From assembly GCF_009914755.1 (NCBI RefSeq), contig NC_060938.1: a DNA stretch of 64,000 nucleotides, one strand, 5' to 3'. Under the pieces are notes generated by a model. That model saw only the letters and a list, made by a program, of their open reading frames with translations, ran no database searches and was not told the origin of the DNA. This DNA is from the human T2T-CHM13v2.0 reference genome, Homo sapiens. The position numbers and the translations under genes were made by a program. Below, piece by piece: positions 1-13,808 of the stretch (positions within the stretch are counted from its first letter, which is position 1; each line of letters opens with the position of its first letter).

Positions 1-190
1 TTTATAATAACCAAAATAGAATAATTGGATTATTTGTAACACAAAGGATAAATGCTTCAGAAGATGGATGCCAAATTTTCCCTGTGATTACCATGCATTA
101 TATACCTGTACCAAAATATTTTATGTACCCCATAAATATGTACACCTACTATGTGCTCACAAAAATTAAAAATTTTAAAAATTAAAAATC
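1..190 (+). mobile_element. LINE-1 3' end (L1MA2/3-like), cut by window start
   Basis: ggataaatgcttc...atgtaccccataaatatgtacacctactatgtgctcacaaaaattaaaa resembles the L1MA 3'UTR terminus and A-rich tail. Confidence 0.8.
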
Positions 191-197
191 TGATTTA

Positions 198-536
<339 letters not shown>

Positions 537-1036
537 TAAGGGAATTAATTGTACCTTTATACACAAAGCATGCAAGTACTTGTATAAACTTCTCCTTGCC
601 TGGTGGTATAAGGTAAACCTCTGAGTGATTTTACACACCAGTTGGAGGATGGGTGGTGTTGGATGAGAGCCACAGATAGGTTCTTTATATCATTCTTTAG
701 GATGTACCACGCATTTTGATGTACATTTCATTTGCCCCTATCAAATACAAATAAGCCCTGTGTATATTCTTCCTTTATTGCTGACGAAGAAATGACTTGG
801 AAATCTTAAATGACTATGTAAGACAGCTACTGAACAGAATTAAGATTTTAAGTCCTCAGATTGACATGGAAGTGGTAGTTTATCCCAAACTCTGTTCTTA
901 AAAAACTTTAAACACTCCATAATGCATCTTATATTTTACCCATAAAGTAGACCTATATCTTGCAACTTACTTACATCTTGATTATTTCCATTCAAAGTTT
1001 ATTTTACACAACTTAGAGACAACATTTACTTCTCAA

Positions 1037-1168
1037 TTTTTTTTTCCTTTAAATAAATGGAGTCTTATTATGTTGCACAGGCTGGCCTCTAACTCCTGGC
1101 TCAAGCAATTTCTGTGCCTCAGCCTCTGAAGTAGCTGGGATTACAAGCATGTGCTCTCTCTACTGGCT
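1037..1168 (-). mobile_element. Alu monomer (FLAM-like)
   Basis: T-tract then ggagtcttattatgttgcacaggctggcctctaactcctggctcaagcaat...gtagctgggattacaagcatg; single arm only. Confidence 0.85.
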
Positions 1169-2275
1169 CCATCTTCTGTCTATAGATTTATTTCAATGGC
1201 TAAGGATTAAAACAGAGGTAATGAAATGGCCTAAATGTAACAAATAAACAGGTTAATAAATCTTAAAGAGTTTTTTCTGGTAAGTGTGAATTGAAGCCAA
1301 AAATACCGTAGATAGGAGAAGCTGGTAACAGGGCAGGAAAGTACCACACATTAAGCATGGAATGATGATAAGAAGTGGTAAATCAGAAAAGTTGAAAAAA
1401 TAGACTTTGTGAGCACAGAATTTGCATTTTATGTTTATTTGCGTGACAGTTGAATTTTTATTGCAATTTGCCTCTTTAATTTTTATGGCATTCAATACTT
1501 TGATAATAGAAAACACAAAAAAAAGAGAAGAAAGAGGATAAAGATAGAAGAAATAACTATGAAATCAGACTTTAGTAGTATATGATTATTTTACTTTAAA
1601 ATAAAATTTGACCATTTTAGGTCACTTGAATTTTGGCACAAATTTTTTTAATTTGCTTGTCTGGAAATTCTGCTAGGAAATTCTGCAAGGATTGTGGTTG
1701 AGATTGCATTGAATCTATTGACCTAATTTGGGGGGAATTAACATTCTTCCCTCTATTCTATTTGCTAATCAATGAAGGAGTGTAATTTTATCTTGATTTA
1801 GGTCTTTTTAACAACATTTTGTGGTTTTCAAAGTGTTCAAGTCATACACATCATTTGTCATATTTTGACCTATGTATTTCAGATTTTTTAAGTTGTCATA
1901 AAGGGTAGTGATTGTTTAATTTAGATTTCCAATTATTTGTTGCTTGTATACATAAATATTATTGATTTTTGCATATTGATCATATAGTCTCCAACCTTCC
2001 TATATATACTTGCTATCTCTTGTAGCATTTTTGTAGATTTTGTTTAATTGTCAACGTACGTTATTATGTTATCATAGGATAAAGACGGTTTTTGCTCCTT
2101 TTCAATCTGGATGCCTGTTATGTATTTTTCTTGCCTTTTTGTATGACTAAAATAACCATACCATGCTAAATAGAGGAAGTCAGAATGGACATCCTTGCCT
2201 TTTTCCTGAAGTCAGGGGAAAAGCATTGTCTCTCATCATTAAATTCCATGTTAGCTGTGCATTTGCATAGGTGCC

Positions 2276-3532
2276 GAGTGGGGGTTGTGTCCCCCACAAA
2301 AGTTGCTGAAGTCTTATCCTAACTGTGAATGTGACCTTATTTGAAAATAGGGCCTTTGCCACTTTTCAAATGAAGACATACGTGTGGCCAAAAATCATGT
2401 GAAAAAAAAAGCTCATTATCACTGATCATTAGATAAATGCAAATCAAAACCACAAAGAGATATCATCTCATACTAGCTAGGATGACTATTACTAAAATGT
2501 CAAAAAACAACATATGCTGGCGAGGTTATAAAGAAAAAGGAGCACTTTTACATTATTGGTTGGGAGTATAAATTAGTTGAACCATTGTGGAAGACAGTGT
2601 GGTGATTATTCAAAGGCCTAGAGGCAGAAATACCATTCAACAGAGCAATCCCATTACTGCATTTACACACAAAGGAATATAAATTGTTCACATGCAAGCA
2701 TATGTTCATTGCAGCACACTATTCACAAGAGCAAAGATATGGAATCAAGTTAAATGTCCATCAATGATAGACTGGATAAAGAAAATGTGGGACATATACA
2801 CCATGGAATATTATGCAACCATAAAGAAAGAATGAGATCATGTCCTTTGCAGGTACATAGATGGAGCTGGAGGTCATTATTCTTAGCAAACTAATGCAGA
2901 AACAGAAAACCAAATACCACATGTTCTCGCTTTTAAGTGGGAGCTAAATGATGAGACATCGACACAGAGAGGGTAACGACACACACAGGGGCCTATTGGA
3001 GGGTGGAGGGACGGAGGAAGGAGAAGATCAGGAAAAATAACTAATGGGTATTAATGGCTTAATACCTGGGTGATGAAATAATCTGTACGACAAACCCCCA
3101 TGACACAAGTTTATCTGTCTTACAAACTTGCACATGTATCCCTGAACTTAAAAGTTAAAAAAAAAAAAAAAAAGAAAATAGCATCTTTGCAGATGGTCAA
3201 GTAGAGATGAGGTTATTAGAGTGGGCCCTAATCCAATATGACTGTGTCCTTATAGGAAGGGGAAATTTAGACACAATGATAGACATGCATAGAGGAAAAA
3301 CAATCTGAAGACACAGGGAAAACACCATCTATAAGCCAAGGAATGCCTGAGACTATGAGAAGCTAGGAGAGAAGCATAGAACAGACTCTCCCTCACAGCC
3401 TTAAGAAGGATCTAACCCTGCTGACAACTTGATTTTTGGAACTGTAGTCTCCAGAACCATCAGACAGTAAGCTATTGTTGTTTTAAGTCACTTAGTTTAT
3501 GGTACTTGTTATGGCAGATCCAGGAAATTAAT
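2276..3532 (+). mobile_element. MLT1B-like MaLR LTR split by an L1 (2276-2360 and 3174-3532)
   Basis: tgtgaatgtgaccttatttgaaaatagggcctttgc | agatggtcaagtagagatgaggttattagagtgggccctaatccaatatgactg...gttatggcagatccaggaaattaat. Confidence 0.85.
2361..3173 (+). mobile_element. 5'-truncated L1PA15/16-like element with poly(A)
   Basis: ORF2 C-terminus/3'UTR and pure A tail; degenerate 17-bp TSD gaaaatagggcctttgc (2343) / gaaaatagcatctttgc (3174). Confidence 0.9.
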
Positions 3533-3728
3533 GGCATTCATCATCTTGAGGAAGTTCTTTTGTATCTCCAATTTGCTGAGAGATTTATTAAGAATGGATG
3601 TTGAAATATGTTGGCGAGGTTGTGGAGAAAAGGGAACATATCCAAAGGAAAATAAATCATTCTACCAAAAACACACATGCACTCATGTTTATCACAGCAC
3701 TATTCACAATAGCAAAGACCTGGAATCA

Positions 3729-4060
<332 letters not shown>

Positions 4061-4276
4061 AGGAGGAGAAGAAAAGAAGAAAGAAGAAAGAAGAAAGAAG
4101 AAGGAGAAGGAGAAGGAGAAGAAGAAGAAGAAGAAGAAGAAGAAGAAGAGGAGGAGGAGGAGGAGGAGGAGGAGGAGGAGGAGGAGGAGGAGGAGAAGAA
4201 GAAGAAGAAGAAGAAGAAGAAGAAGAAGAAGAAGAAGAAGAAGAAGAAGAAGAAGAAGAAGAAGAAGAAGAAGAAA
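4061..4276 (+). repeat. Compound polypurine triplet repeat (GAA)10(GAG)16(AAG)26 in Alu tail
   Basis: Counted directly: GAA 4118-4147, GAG 4148-4195, AAG 4196-4273; purine-only from ~4052 to 4277. Confidence 0.98.
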
Positions 4277-4780
4277 GTGATCCCTGTACATCATGGAATA
4301 CTAGTCAGCCATAAAAAAGGAATGAAATCTGGCCTTTGCAGCAACATGAATGCAGCTGGAGGCCGTTATCCTAAGTGAATGAATACAGGGGTGGAAAACT
4401 AAATACTGCATGTTCTCATACACATGTAACAAACCTGTACATACACCCCCAAACCTAAAATGAAAGTAAAACAAAACTTAAAAGAAAAAAATAATAGATT
4501 TTGGATTTTGACAAATACCTATTCTCCATCTATTAAATTGAGAATATGGTTTTCTTGGTATTTTGTAAATCCGTTTAATTGCATTGACTGATTTTTAAAT
4601 GTTAACACAACATTGCAATCCTGAGATCAATGCTACTTGGTCGCGATGTATTTTCCTATTTATATGTTAAATTAAGTTTTCAAAAATTGTGTTGTTAGGT
4701 ATTTGGCATGTTCTATATTTCTTAATTAGCTCAGTAATGTTGTCAGAACTGCCTGAGAAAATTTGTTCTATCAGATACTC

Positions 4781-6640
4781 TTTGTTTCTTTTTTTAATAT
4801 TTGAACTTTTATTTTGGATATGGGGATACATATGCAGATTTGTTACATGATAATATTGCTTGATGCTGAGGCTCAGAGTATGAATCCCATCACCCTGGTA
4901 ATGAGCATAGTACCTCACAGGGAGTTTTTTAAATCCACCACTCCAACCCTCTAGTAGTCTACAGTGTTTATTGTTCCCATATTTATGTCCATGTGTGTAC
5001 AATGCTTAGCTCCCACTCATTAGTGAGAATATCTGGTATTTGGTTTTCTGTTTCTTCATTAATTTGCTTAGGATTAAGGCCTCCAGCTCCATCCATGTTG
5101 CTGAAAAAGACATTATTTCATTCTTTTATATGGCTGCATAGTATTCTATAGTGTATATATATACCACATTTTCTTTATCCACTCTACCATTGATGGGCAC
5201 CTGTGTTGATTCCATGCCTTTGCTATTGCAAACAGTGCAGTGTTGAACATGCAAATAAGGATATGTGTCTTTTTGGTAGAATGATTTATTTGGGGGCTTG
5301 GTATATACTCAGTAATGGGATTTCCAGGACACACGATAACTCTGTTTTAAGTTTTTTGAGAAATCTCCAAACTGCTTTCTACAGTAGCTAAACTAATTAC
5401 ATTCTCATAAACAGTGTATAAGCATTCCCTTTTCTCCCCAGTCTTGCCCAGCATCTGTTGTTCTTTGACTTTTTAATAATAGCCATTGTGATTGGTGTGA
5501 GATGGTATCTCACGGATGTTTTGATTTGCATATCTCCAATGATTAGAGATGCTGAGCATTTTTTTCATGTTTGTTGGCCAATTGCATGTCTTCTTTTGAG
5601 AAGTGTCTTTTCCTGTCCTTTGTCCATTTTATAATGGGGTTATTTCTTTTTTGCTTGTTGATTTAAGTTCCCTATAGATTCTGGATATTAGTCCTTTGCC
5701 AGATGCATAGTTTGTGAATATTTTTCACATTCTGTAGGTTGTTGGTTTGCTCTGTTGGTAGTTTATTTTGCTCTGCAGAAGTTTTTTTGTTGTTGTTTAA
5801 TTAGATCCCACTTATCTATTTTCGTTTTTGTTGCAATTACTCTTGGAGACCTAGTCAAATATCCTTGCCAAGGCCAATGTCGAGAAGAGTGGTTCCTAGG
5901 TTATCTTGCAGGAATTTTATAGTTTGAGGTCTTACATTGAAATGTTTAATAGATTTTCAATTAATTGTTTATATAGTGAAAGGTAGGGGTTCATTTTCAA
6001 TTTTCTGCCTATGGCTAGCTAGTTATCCCAGCACCATTTATTGACTAGGGAGTTATTTCTTCATTGTTCGTTTTTGTCAGCCTTGTCAAAGATCAGATTG
6101 TTGTAGATGTGTGGCTTCGTTTCTGATTTTTCCATTCCATTCTATTGGTCTATGCATGGGTTTTTGTATCAGTACCAAGCTGTTTTGGTTACTGTGTTTT
6201 TATAGTATGGTTTGAAGTTGGGTAGTGGGATGCCTCCAGGTTTGTTCTTTTTGCTTAGTATTGTTTTATCTATTCGGGGGCTCTTTTTTGCTTACATATG
6301 AATTTTGGAATAGCTTTTTATTTCTAATTCTGTGAAGAATGACATTGGTAGTTTGATAGGAATAACATTGAATCTGTAAATGCTTTGGGAAGTATGACCA
6401 TTTTTATTATATTAATTATTCCAATCCATGAGCCTGGAATGATTTTCCATTTATTTGTGTCATCTATGATTTCTTTCATTAGTGTTTTATAGTTCTCTTT
6501 ATAGAGATCTTTAACCTCATTGGTTATCTGTATTCACGGGTATTTCATTTTATTTGTGGCTATTGTAAGTGGAATTGTGTTTCGATTTCACTCAGCCTTG
6601 ATATTGTTGGCGTGAAGAAATGCTACTGATTTTTATATAG
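4781..6640 (-). mobile_element. 5'-truncated L1PA16-like element
   Basis: T-rich tail, antisense 3'UTR (gatgctgagg...atgagcatagtacc) and ORF2 C-terminal remnants (ORF 5146-5334 ALFAIAKAWNQHRCPSMVEWIKKMWYIYT). Confidence 0.92.
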
Positions 6641-7429
6641 TTGAAATGTTATTAATGTCTATATACAAGTCAGATATTGCACATTTACAGAATGGATTGT
6701 AAGGTTTGTAGATCTGACAGTGCCATCATGGTCCATTCACATGCTGTGATCCTCAATAGAATCATTTAACAAATTCTGATGAAATAACTATGTATTTTAC
6801 TCTGGCAAAGAATTTTAGTCTCCTTCTGTTTTAAAATGTGTTACTATAATAAATTAACTACATCTATGCAGTCTCATCTACAGATTATTTGAGCTTCCCC
6901 GAAGGCTCACAGGCTAGCTCTAATGTCTCTAAGAAAGGCAACCTCAAAACACTGTAGAAAAAGATAACCAGGTACTATTAATGATTGATATTTCAAATAA
7001 TAGTCCAAGCTTGAAACCTGAGAGCCGACTTAGTCATTTGTCAGACTCTGTCGTGGTCTATTGAGGTTGCCAGGACTCTTTTTAATCCAAAGCATGACTT
7101 CATGAAAAGAGAGGCATATCCAAAACCTACCCTTAAAAGAATTAAATACATAGAACTGAATGGACTAGGGAGTAAAAAGTGGTTGTGGTCATTTGTTTCA
7201 GTATATTGTTATTACTTTTTAATAGTCTGTTTCTTAATAGGCATAAGAAAAAGCCTCTTTTCTTACTTTAATCTATTTCCAATCCTCAATTTAATAGATG
7301 ATGCTTTTGCCAACTGAAATTAAATATGTTTAGAATCTGATTCTCATTGATCCATCTGAATTTAGAAACAAATAATTTGCTGAGGACTGTTTATTAAGAT
7401 TTTACCCCAAAATTTTTCTGTGTAGACTT

Positions 7430-7895
7430 TTTGAAGTTGAGGTAAAATTCACATAACATAAAATTAACCATTTTAAGTGTACAATTTAATAGAATTATAC
7501 ATTCACATTATTTCTGCAACCACTACTTCTATTCAGTTCCAAAATATTTTATCATTCCCAAAGAAAACTTGTTATACTTTAAGTAGTCATTCACTCTTTC
7601 GTCTCCCCCTGCCCAGCCTCTGGCAACCGCAAATCTTTCTGTCTCCATGCATTTACCTATTCTAGAGAGTTCAAATAAATGGAATAATGCAATATATGAC
7701 TTCTTGTGTGTAGCTTCTTTCACTAAGCATAATAATTTTGAGATTAGTCTATGTTGTAGCATATATTAGTACTTCATTTTTATTACTGAAAATATTCAAC
7801 TGTATGGCTGTACAATATTTTGTTTATTCATCTATCCATTGATGGAAATTTGAGGTCTTTCCATCTTTTGGTTACTGTGAATAGTGCTGCTATAA
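7430..7895 (-). mobile_element. L1MB/L1ME 3' end
   Basis: gaggtaaaattcacataacataaaattaaccattttaagtgtacaat...tttgtttattcatctatccattgatggaaatttg. Confidence 0.85.
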
Positions 7896-9714
7896 GACAT
7901 TTAATTTTGTATAAACATTACTATTGTTTGCATGACAAAATTTTATATAAAGTAAAAAAGCAGGACAATATGCATATAACCCTTTTAATAGAAATTAATA
8001 ACATTATTTTTCCCTTACAGAAAGTTCTAAATAAAATAAAATTACATTGCCAAATAATTGCATAAATAAGGCCATGAGAGACTATTATCTGTAGTTGTGC
8101 TAAAAGGACACTTTATCTGAAGAGGTATTTAAGTCTATCCCAAGTACTGGGACTGAATATAAAAATGTATGTTACATAGGGGATTTATAGGAGAGAGAAA
8201 AAGAATATAGTTTGTGAATGCAATTCTGAACTTGATTGAATGCATGATTGAATAAAGAAATGAATGGAAAAGATATAGTTAGTCTTGATTTGGTGACCTT
8301 TAGCTTTACGTGCATGAAGTATATCTGCTATGTTGTATCTGGTAACAGAATATAAAACTGCAAAATAAAAAATAAAAATAAAAGCACTTCAACAAAATTT
8401 GTATCAAATAAAAAAAGTATATCCTCACTTCTACTATCCAGCATTTCATTTAGATTAATTTCCAAATAGCTTCACTTCTGATGCCATTTTATTTTTTATA
8501 GTGCTTGAAACATCATAGGTGCTAAAGTATTTTTCGCATGACTATTTCATTAAGACTTAGGCTTACATCACTGTTGTATTTAGTGTCCTGTAGTATTTTT
8601 TAAATGTTAAAATATATGCTTATGTTTATGAAGACAGTTTAAAAGCTAGCTATAACACTTTAATTTGTGACTGTTCATTTAATCATAACCTGAATGTCGA
8701 ATGATAACATGTCAATTACTTAGAATAAGATACACAGTGCAAAGACATATTTACTCATGAGAGTCATCATATGATGAAATACTTGTTGCTGTGTACTCTG
8801 CAAAACTAAGTTAAAGCAGAAGTTTAAAATGATAAATACAGCTAAAATATAGCACAATTTTATTTTGTTCTTATTATGTCTGTATGTATAACCTATGCAA
8901 ACTAAAATGCATAGGATATATATGAAAATATTAGTTGCTATCTTGGGGAATTGAATTTGGAGTATTTTTCATTTTGCTTTGCTTATATGATTATATTTTT
9001 CTCTAAAAATTCACAAGTATCATCTGCACTTTAAATAAAATATATTTTTATCCTGAGTTATTTTTCCAGACTGCTTTAGTGAAGGACAGACTGGATTGAT
9101 CATGTATGTAAATAATCAGAGACAACATTCATTGACTTTGTTTTTTACAGACTGTACACAGTGCAGGAAGTTTCCAGTTACTTTTAGTGTATATTGCTCA
9201 ATCTGTCTTCCAACAATACCCACGAAAGCGGGTTCCACTTTAAATGAAATGTACATGATTTATTTTGGAAAAATTTCAAATAGCTATTACTTTTTATTAG
9301 GTTTCTTTTCCCTCTCCACCAAGTATTCGTTTGAGAGGTTTCATTGTACCATATTGCTATATTTTGTCAGAAAGGGAACAAAAGGATTTATCCTTTTAAA
9401 AGTTTTTTTGCCCTTTTTAGGTGTTCTTTTGAGAGCAGACTAACAAAGGGAGATTTTTTTCTCCAATGAAGTTCTACAGTAGGAAAAAAAAAAAAAGTGA
9501 AACAAAAGACTAGGGGAAAAAACAGAAAACCTATTATCCTGAAAAACATATTTCTGGTTGAAATATTATTGTTTTAATGTCCCTCACATATAAAGAAGTT
9601 AGTTGAAGACTCAAAGTCAACTTTTTCTCATAAATTCTTCAGTGAAAGAAAATGGCAAAGTCTCTGTTTGCAGATATTTAGTCAATAATGTACTCTCCCA
9701 GTTCTAACAAAAAT

Positions 9715-9905
9715 CATTCAGGTCCAAATTTCAATTGTGTCACTAGCAGGCTGTGCTACTTGGGAAAGTTTAAAAATCCCTCTGTACTTCACCCTCCTCA
9801 TTTGTAAAATATAGAGATGATAAAAGTATCATGTTAGAGGATCACTGTGGGAATTAAGTCAGATAATAGTGATCCATTATTAATACTCAATACATATTAG
9901 CTATC
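9715..9905 (+). mobile_element. MIR
   Basis: Core-like gctgtgctacttgggaaagtttaa...ctcatttgtaaaatatagagatgataa. Confidence 0.7.
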
Positions 9906-10390
9906 AACACATTATCAATATTATATAACAAAGAATATTACTCTCAATGTTATCGCTGTTCTTATAGGTAGATTAAGGGTTTTTAATTCACTATAATTAT
10001 TTGACATAAAACTGAGATGGCCTAGATGGTTCTATTATAAAAAGACAGTATCTGTATCAAATTACTTATTGACATGGGTTAGGTTTTCTTTTCCTCCACG
10101 ACCCCAGACTGCACAGCTTTTATCTACAATCATAGTTAGAAGAGTCATAAAAAAGTTTACTGGGAGAGATGCACTAGAAATAGGGACAAATAAATCTTCA
10201 GTATTGGAAATGAGACTTCAAATATTATTCAGCATTTACATAAATAATGTGCACTTAGCAACAGGCATTAAAAGATATTTGACACCTTGTTTGACCATTA
10301 CTAGTTTATAAGTAACAATTCAAATCTTTATAGATATTGCTTCAGGAGACAAGCTCAATTCAAAAATATTCACTCATTACTATTAAATGT

Positions 10391-10581
10391 TGTTTTGTAG
10401 AGAGACAAGGTCTTGCTCTGCCACCCAGGCTGGAGTGCAAGTGTTATGATCATAGTCCACTCTAACCTATAACTCCTGGATTCAAGTGATCCTCCCATCA
10501 CAGCCTTCCAAGTAGCTGGGACTACAGGCACACACCACCACGTCAAACTAATTTTTTAATTTTTACTTTTTGTAGAGACAG
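10391..10581 (-). mobile_element. Partial AluJ (right arm)
   Basis: gagacaaggtcttgctctgccacccaggctggagtgcaagtg...gtagctgggactacaggc...tttttgtagagacag. Confidence 0.9.
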
Positions 10582-10911
10582 TGTGTAGACTATTAGATAT
10601 TCTTAAGCAACTTACTGACAGCCACAAAATTCAGTGCATCCTCTCACTCCTTTGAGACATATATACATCCATCAAATTGTTACACACACACACCTACAAA
10701 CACATGAAGGTTTTACATATATAGATTGTTCATTTAGGATAAAAAAGAAAAAAAATCATTGAATGGAAGCAGATTTTAAAAATCCCTGGCTTCTAAATTT
10801 ATAATCTACTTTTCAAAGGGTTATGTTAACTTATTGTCCTAACAACAACTTTGGAGTACAAAAACTTTGTGAAAACTTATATATTCTCATTTGGGAGAAA
10901 TTTGTTATTTA

Positions 10912-11231
<320 letters not shown>

Positions 11232-11949
11232 TGACATTGCAGTCAATATATAATTGTAATTTGAAGTAATACTGATCATTTTTCTATGGGCATTCAAGTG
11301 CCTTTTCTTCTGTTGTTTATCTCGTTTTTATGTCCTGGAGTCAGGGATTTTCTTAGGGATAGTTCTATTCAGCATAAACTGGAATTCTTTGATGCTGACT
11401 TTCCTTCCTGAATCTTTTCATGGAAGGTAAACAAAGGATACATGTCTCATAATTTTCTGTTCAATAATAGACTTTGATACTCTAAGCTGTTTGTTTTTTT
11501 ATTTAAAGCAAAAATGTATGTCAAATATGCATAAACTATAATTCAAGTTAAGTGAGATTTCAATAATCTTATGACTTAACTTATAAATGATTGATATTTT
11601 GGTAATCAGACACTAACATTTGAAGCTCCCTGCATACAACTGAAATATTTTCTTTCCTTCTACAGGGGCACATTATACTCTGATTTTAGTGTTTATCATT
11701 TATATGCATTCTTTTAGATGTTTCTGTAAACAATTTACAATTCATTTTTCATTTGTAATGTTTATGCATTTATATAAACTATCATCCTATATATATTTTT
11801 CTGAAACTTACTTTTTTCACTTAATGTATAGGAGGTGTATCCATATTGCTGCAGTTCTCAGAGTTCTATCATTTTTATTAATGTTTACATTTTCCTTGAT
11901 TGTATGCAACATTATTTATCCTTTCTCACCTTAATATTTAAGCTGTGTT

Positions 11950-12253
11950 AGCCAGATGCCGTGGCTCACACCTGTAATCCCAGGACTTTGGGAGGACAAG
12001 GAGGGTGAATCACTTCAGGTTGGGAGTTTGAGACCAGCGTGGACAACATGGTGAAACCCTGTCTCTATTAAAAATACAAAAATTATCTGGGCATGGTGGC
12101 ACGCACTTGTAATCCAAGCTACTCAGGAGGCTGAGGCAGGAGAATTGCTTGAACCTGGGAGGCGAAGGCTGCAGTGAGGCGAGATCATGCCAATGCATTC
12201 CAGCACGGGCGACCAAGGGAGACACCATCTCAAAAATGAATAAATAATAAAAA
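11950..12253 (+). mobile_element. AluS with TSD
   Basis: Full dimer flanked by 10-bp TSD taagctgtgt (11939-11948 / 12254-12263). Confidence 0.97.
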
Positions 12254-12353
12254 TAAGCTGTGTATTTGTCTTCCTTTTTTTCTGCTATTACAGATAATGA
12301 TTCTGTGGATATTGCTATATACAGTCTCTGAAACATGACTGAATCTTTCTTTA

Positions 12354-12358
<5 letters not shown>

Positions 12359-12390
<32 letters not shown>
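12359..12390. repeat. (TA)n microsatellite
   Basis: tatatatata... ~16 units. Confidence 0.98.
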
Positions 12391-12393
<3 letters not shown>

Positions 12394-12994
12394 CTATAGA
12401 GACAGAATGAGTGCTTCATTGGGCATGCTTTCTTTAACTTCAAAATACCCTCTAAACATCTTTTTACAAGTTTTATTCCCACCAGCTGTATATGATAGTT
12501 TTATTATTCTGCATTTTCTTCAACATGTAGTATTTTCAGACTTTTAAAATATTGTTTCTACTACCATATGTGAAATGGTATGTTGAATAAGGTTTATTTG
12601 TCAATTCTTTGATTACTCATAAATTTGAGTGTCTTTTCTCAGCCATATTGGCTATTTAGGTTTCCACTTTATTATTTATCCAGGAGCGTATTTAACATCT
12701 TTTTAAATTTTCACTGAAGCACTAAGTTACAGAGAAAGGAAACATCAAAAGGAGGTGCCAGTGACAATGATGGCCTTAAACATTCCCATCAACTTGACTA
12801 AATTTTAGAGATGTTTCTTCCCGACTGCCCTTTTCATAGAGTATTGACAACTTCTTATTGTAAATTAGTTCTCTATCTCTTTGAAATACTATACAAGTCT
12901 TTCTCCCAGCCTGTTGCTAGTTTTAGAACCCAAGAATGTCTTTCTCAAGGACATGGAAGCCATCCCTTTGAAATGTAATCATCAAGAATATGAG

Positions 12995-13120
12995 TGTCCA
13001 GGCCAATGTCATGAAGCTTTTCCTCTATGTTTTCTTCTAGCAGTTTTATAGTTTTAAGTCTTAAATTTAATCCATTTGAGTTGATTTTTGTATATGGTAT
13101 GAGATAAAGGTCTAATTTCA
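12995..13120 (-). mobile_element. Internal L1 ORF2 fragment without poly(A) or TSD
   Basis: ccaggccaatgtcatgaagcttttcctctatgttttcttctagcagttttatagtt...tttgagttgatttttgtatatggtatgagataaaggtctaatttca. Confidence 0.85.
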
Positions 13121-13792
13121 GAGCTTTAAGGTTTAACTGACCCATTGGATTTTGGACTTGCATGAGGCCTGTAGCCCCTTTGTTTTGGCCAATTTCTCCC
13201 ATTTGTAATGAGTGTCTTTACCCAATGCCTGCACCCCTATTGTATCCAGGAAGTAATCAACTTGCTTTTGATTTTGCAGGTTTATAGGTGGAAGGGACTT
13301 GCCTTTCTCTGATGAGACTTTGGATTGTGGACTTTTGAGTTAATGCTGAAATGAGTTAGGACTTCGGGGGTCTGTTGGGAAGGAATGATTGGTTTTGAAA
13401 TGTGAGGACATGAGATTTGGGAGGAGCCAGGCTGAAATGGTACGGTTTGGCTCTATCCCTGCCCAAATCTCATCTTGAATTATAGGAATTCCCATGTGTC
13501 AAGGGTAGGGTCAGGTGGTGATAATTGAATAATGGGGGTGGTTTCCTTCATACTGGTCTTGTGGCAGTAAATAAGTCTCACAAGATCTGATTATTTGACA
13601 AATGGGAGTTCTCTGCAGAGGCTGTCTTGCCTGCCACCATGCAAGACATGGCTTTGCTTCTCATTCACCTTCTGCTATGAATGTGAGGTCTCCCCAGCCA
13701 TATGGAACTGTGAGTCAATTAAACCTCTTTCCTTTATAAATTACCTAATCTTGGGTATGTCTTTATTAGCAGAATGAGAACAGACTAATATA
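13121..13792 (+). mobile_element. THE1 element: 3' internal region (13121-13437) and 3' LTR (13438-13792)
   Basis: gagctttaaggtttaactg..., PPT-like gggaggagccagg, LTR tggtacggtttggctct...gagtcaattaaacctctttcc...gaacagactaatata. Confidence 0.92.
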
Positions 13793-13808
13793 TCAAGTAA
13801 AAAGGTTA

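Larger units (their letters stand above)
11640..12690 (-). mobile_element. L1ME 3' region, split by an Alu
   Basis: Degenerate antisense L1ME 3' motifs (ctgattttagtgtttatcatt, ttttattcccaccagctgtatatg, gattactcataaatttgag). Confidence 0.6.

Noticed and set aside
4061-4276. Identity with the FXN or FGF14 disease GAA repeats
   Set aside because: The repeat is at the 3' tail of an AluJ nested in L1 and is compound GAA/GAG; FXN's lies in the middle of an Alu, and nothing here identifies FGF14
9096-9443. 115-aa ORF with CTQCRKFPVT...CSIC resembling a ZZ zinc finger
   Set aside because: The second half of the ZZ motif (D-x-C-x2-C and His ligands) is absent and the rest looks non-coding; kept only as an exon-like candidate
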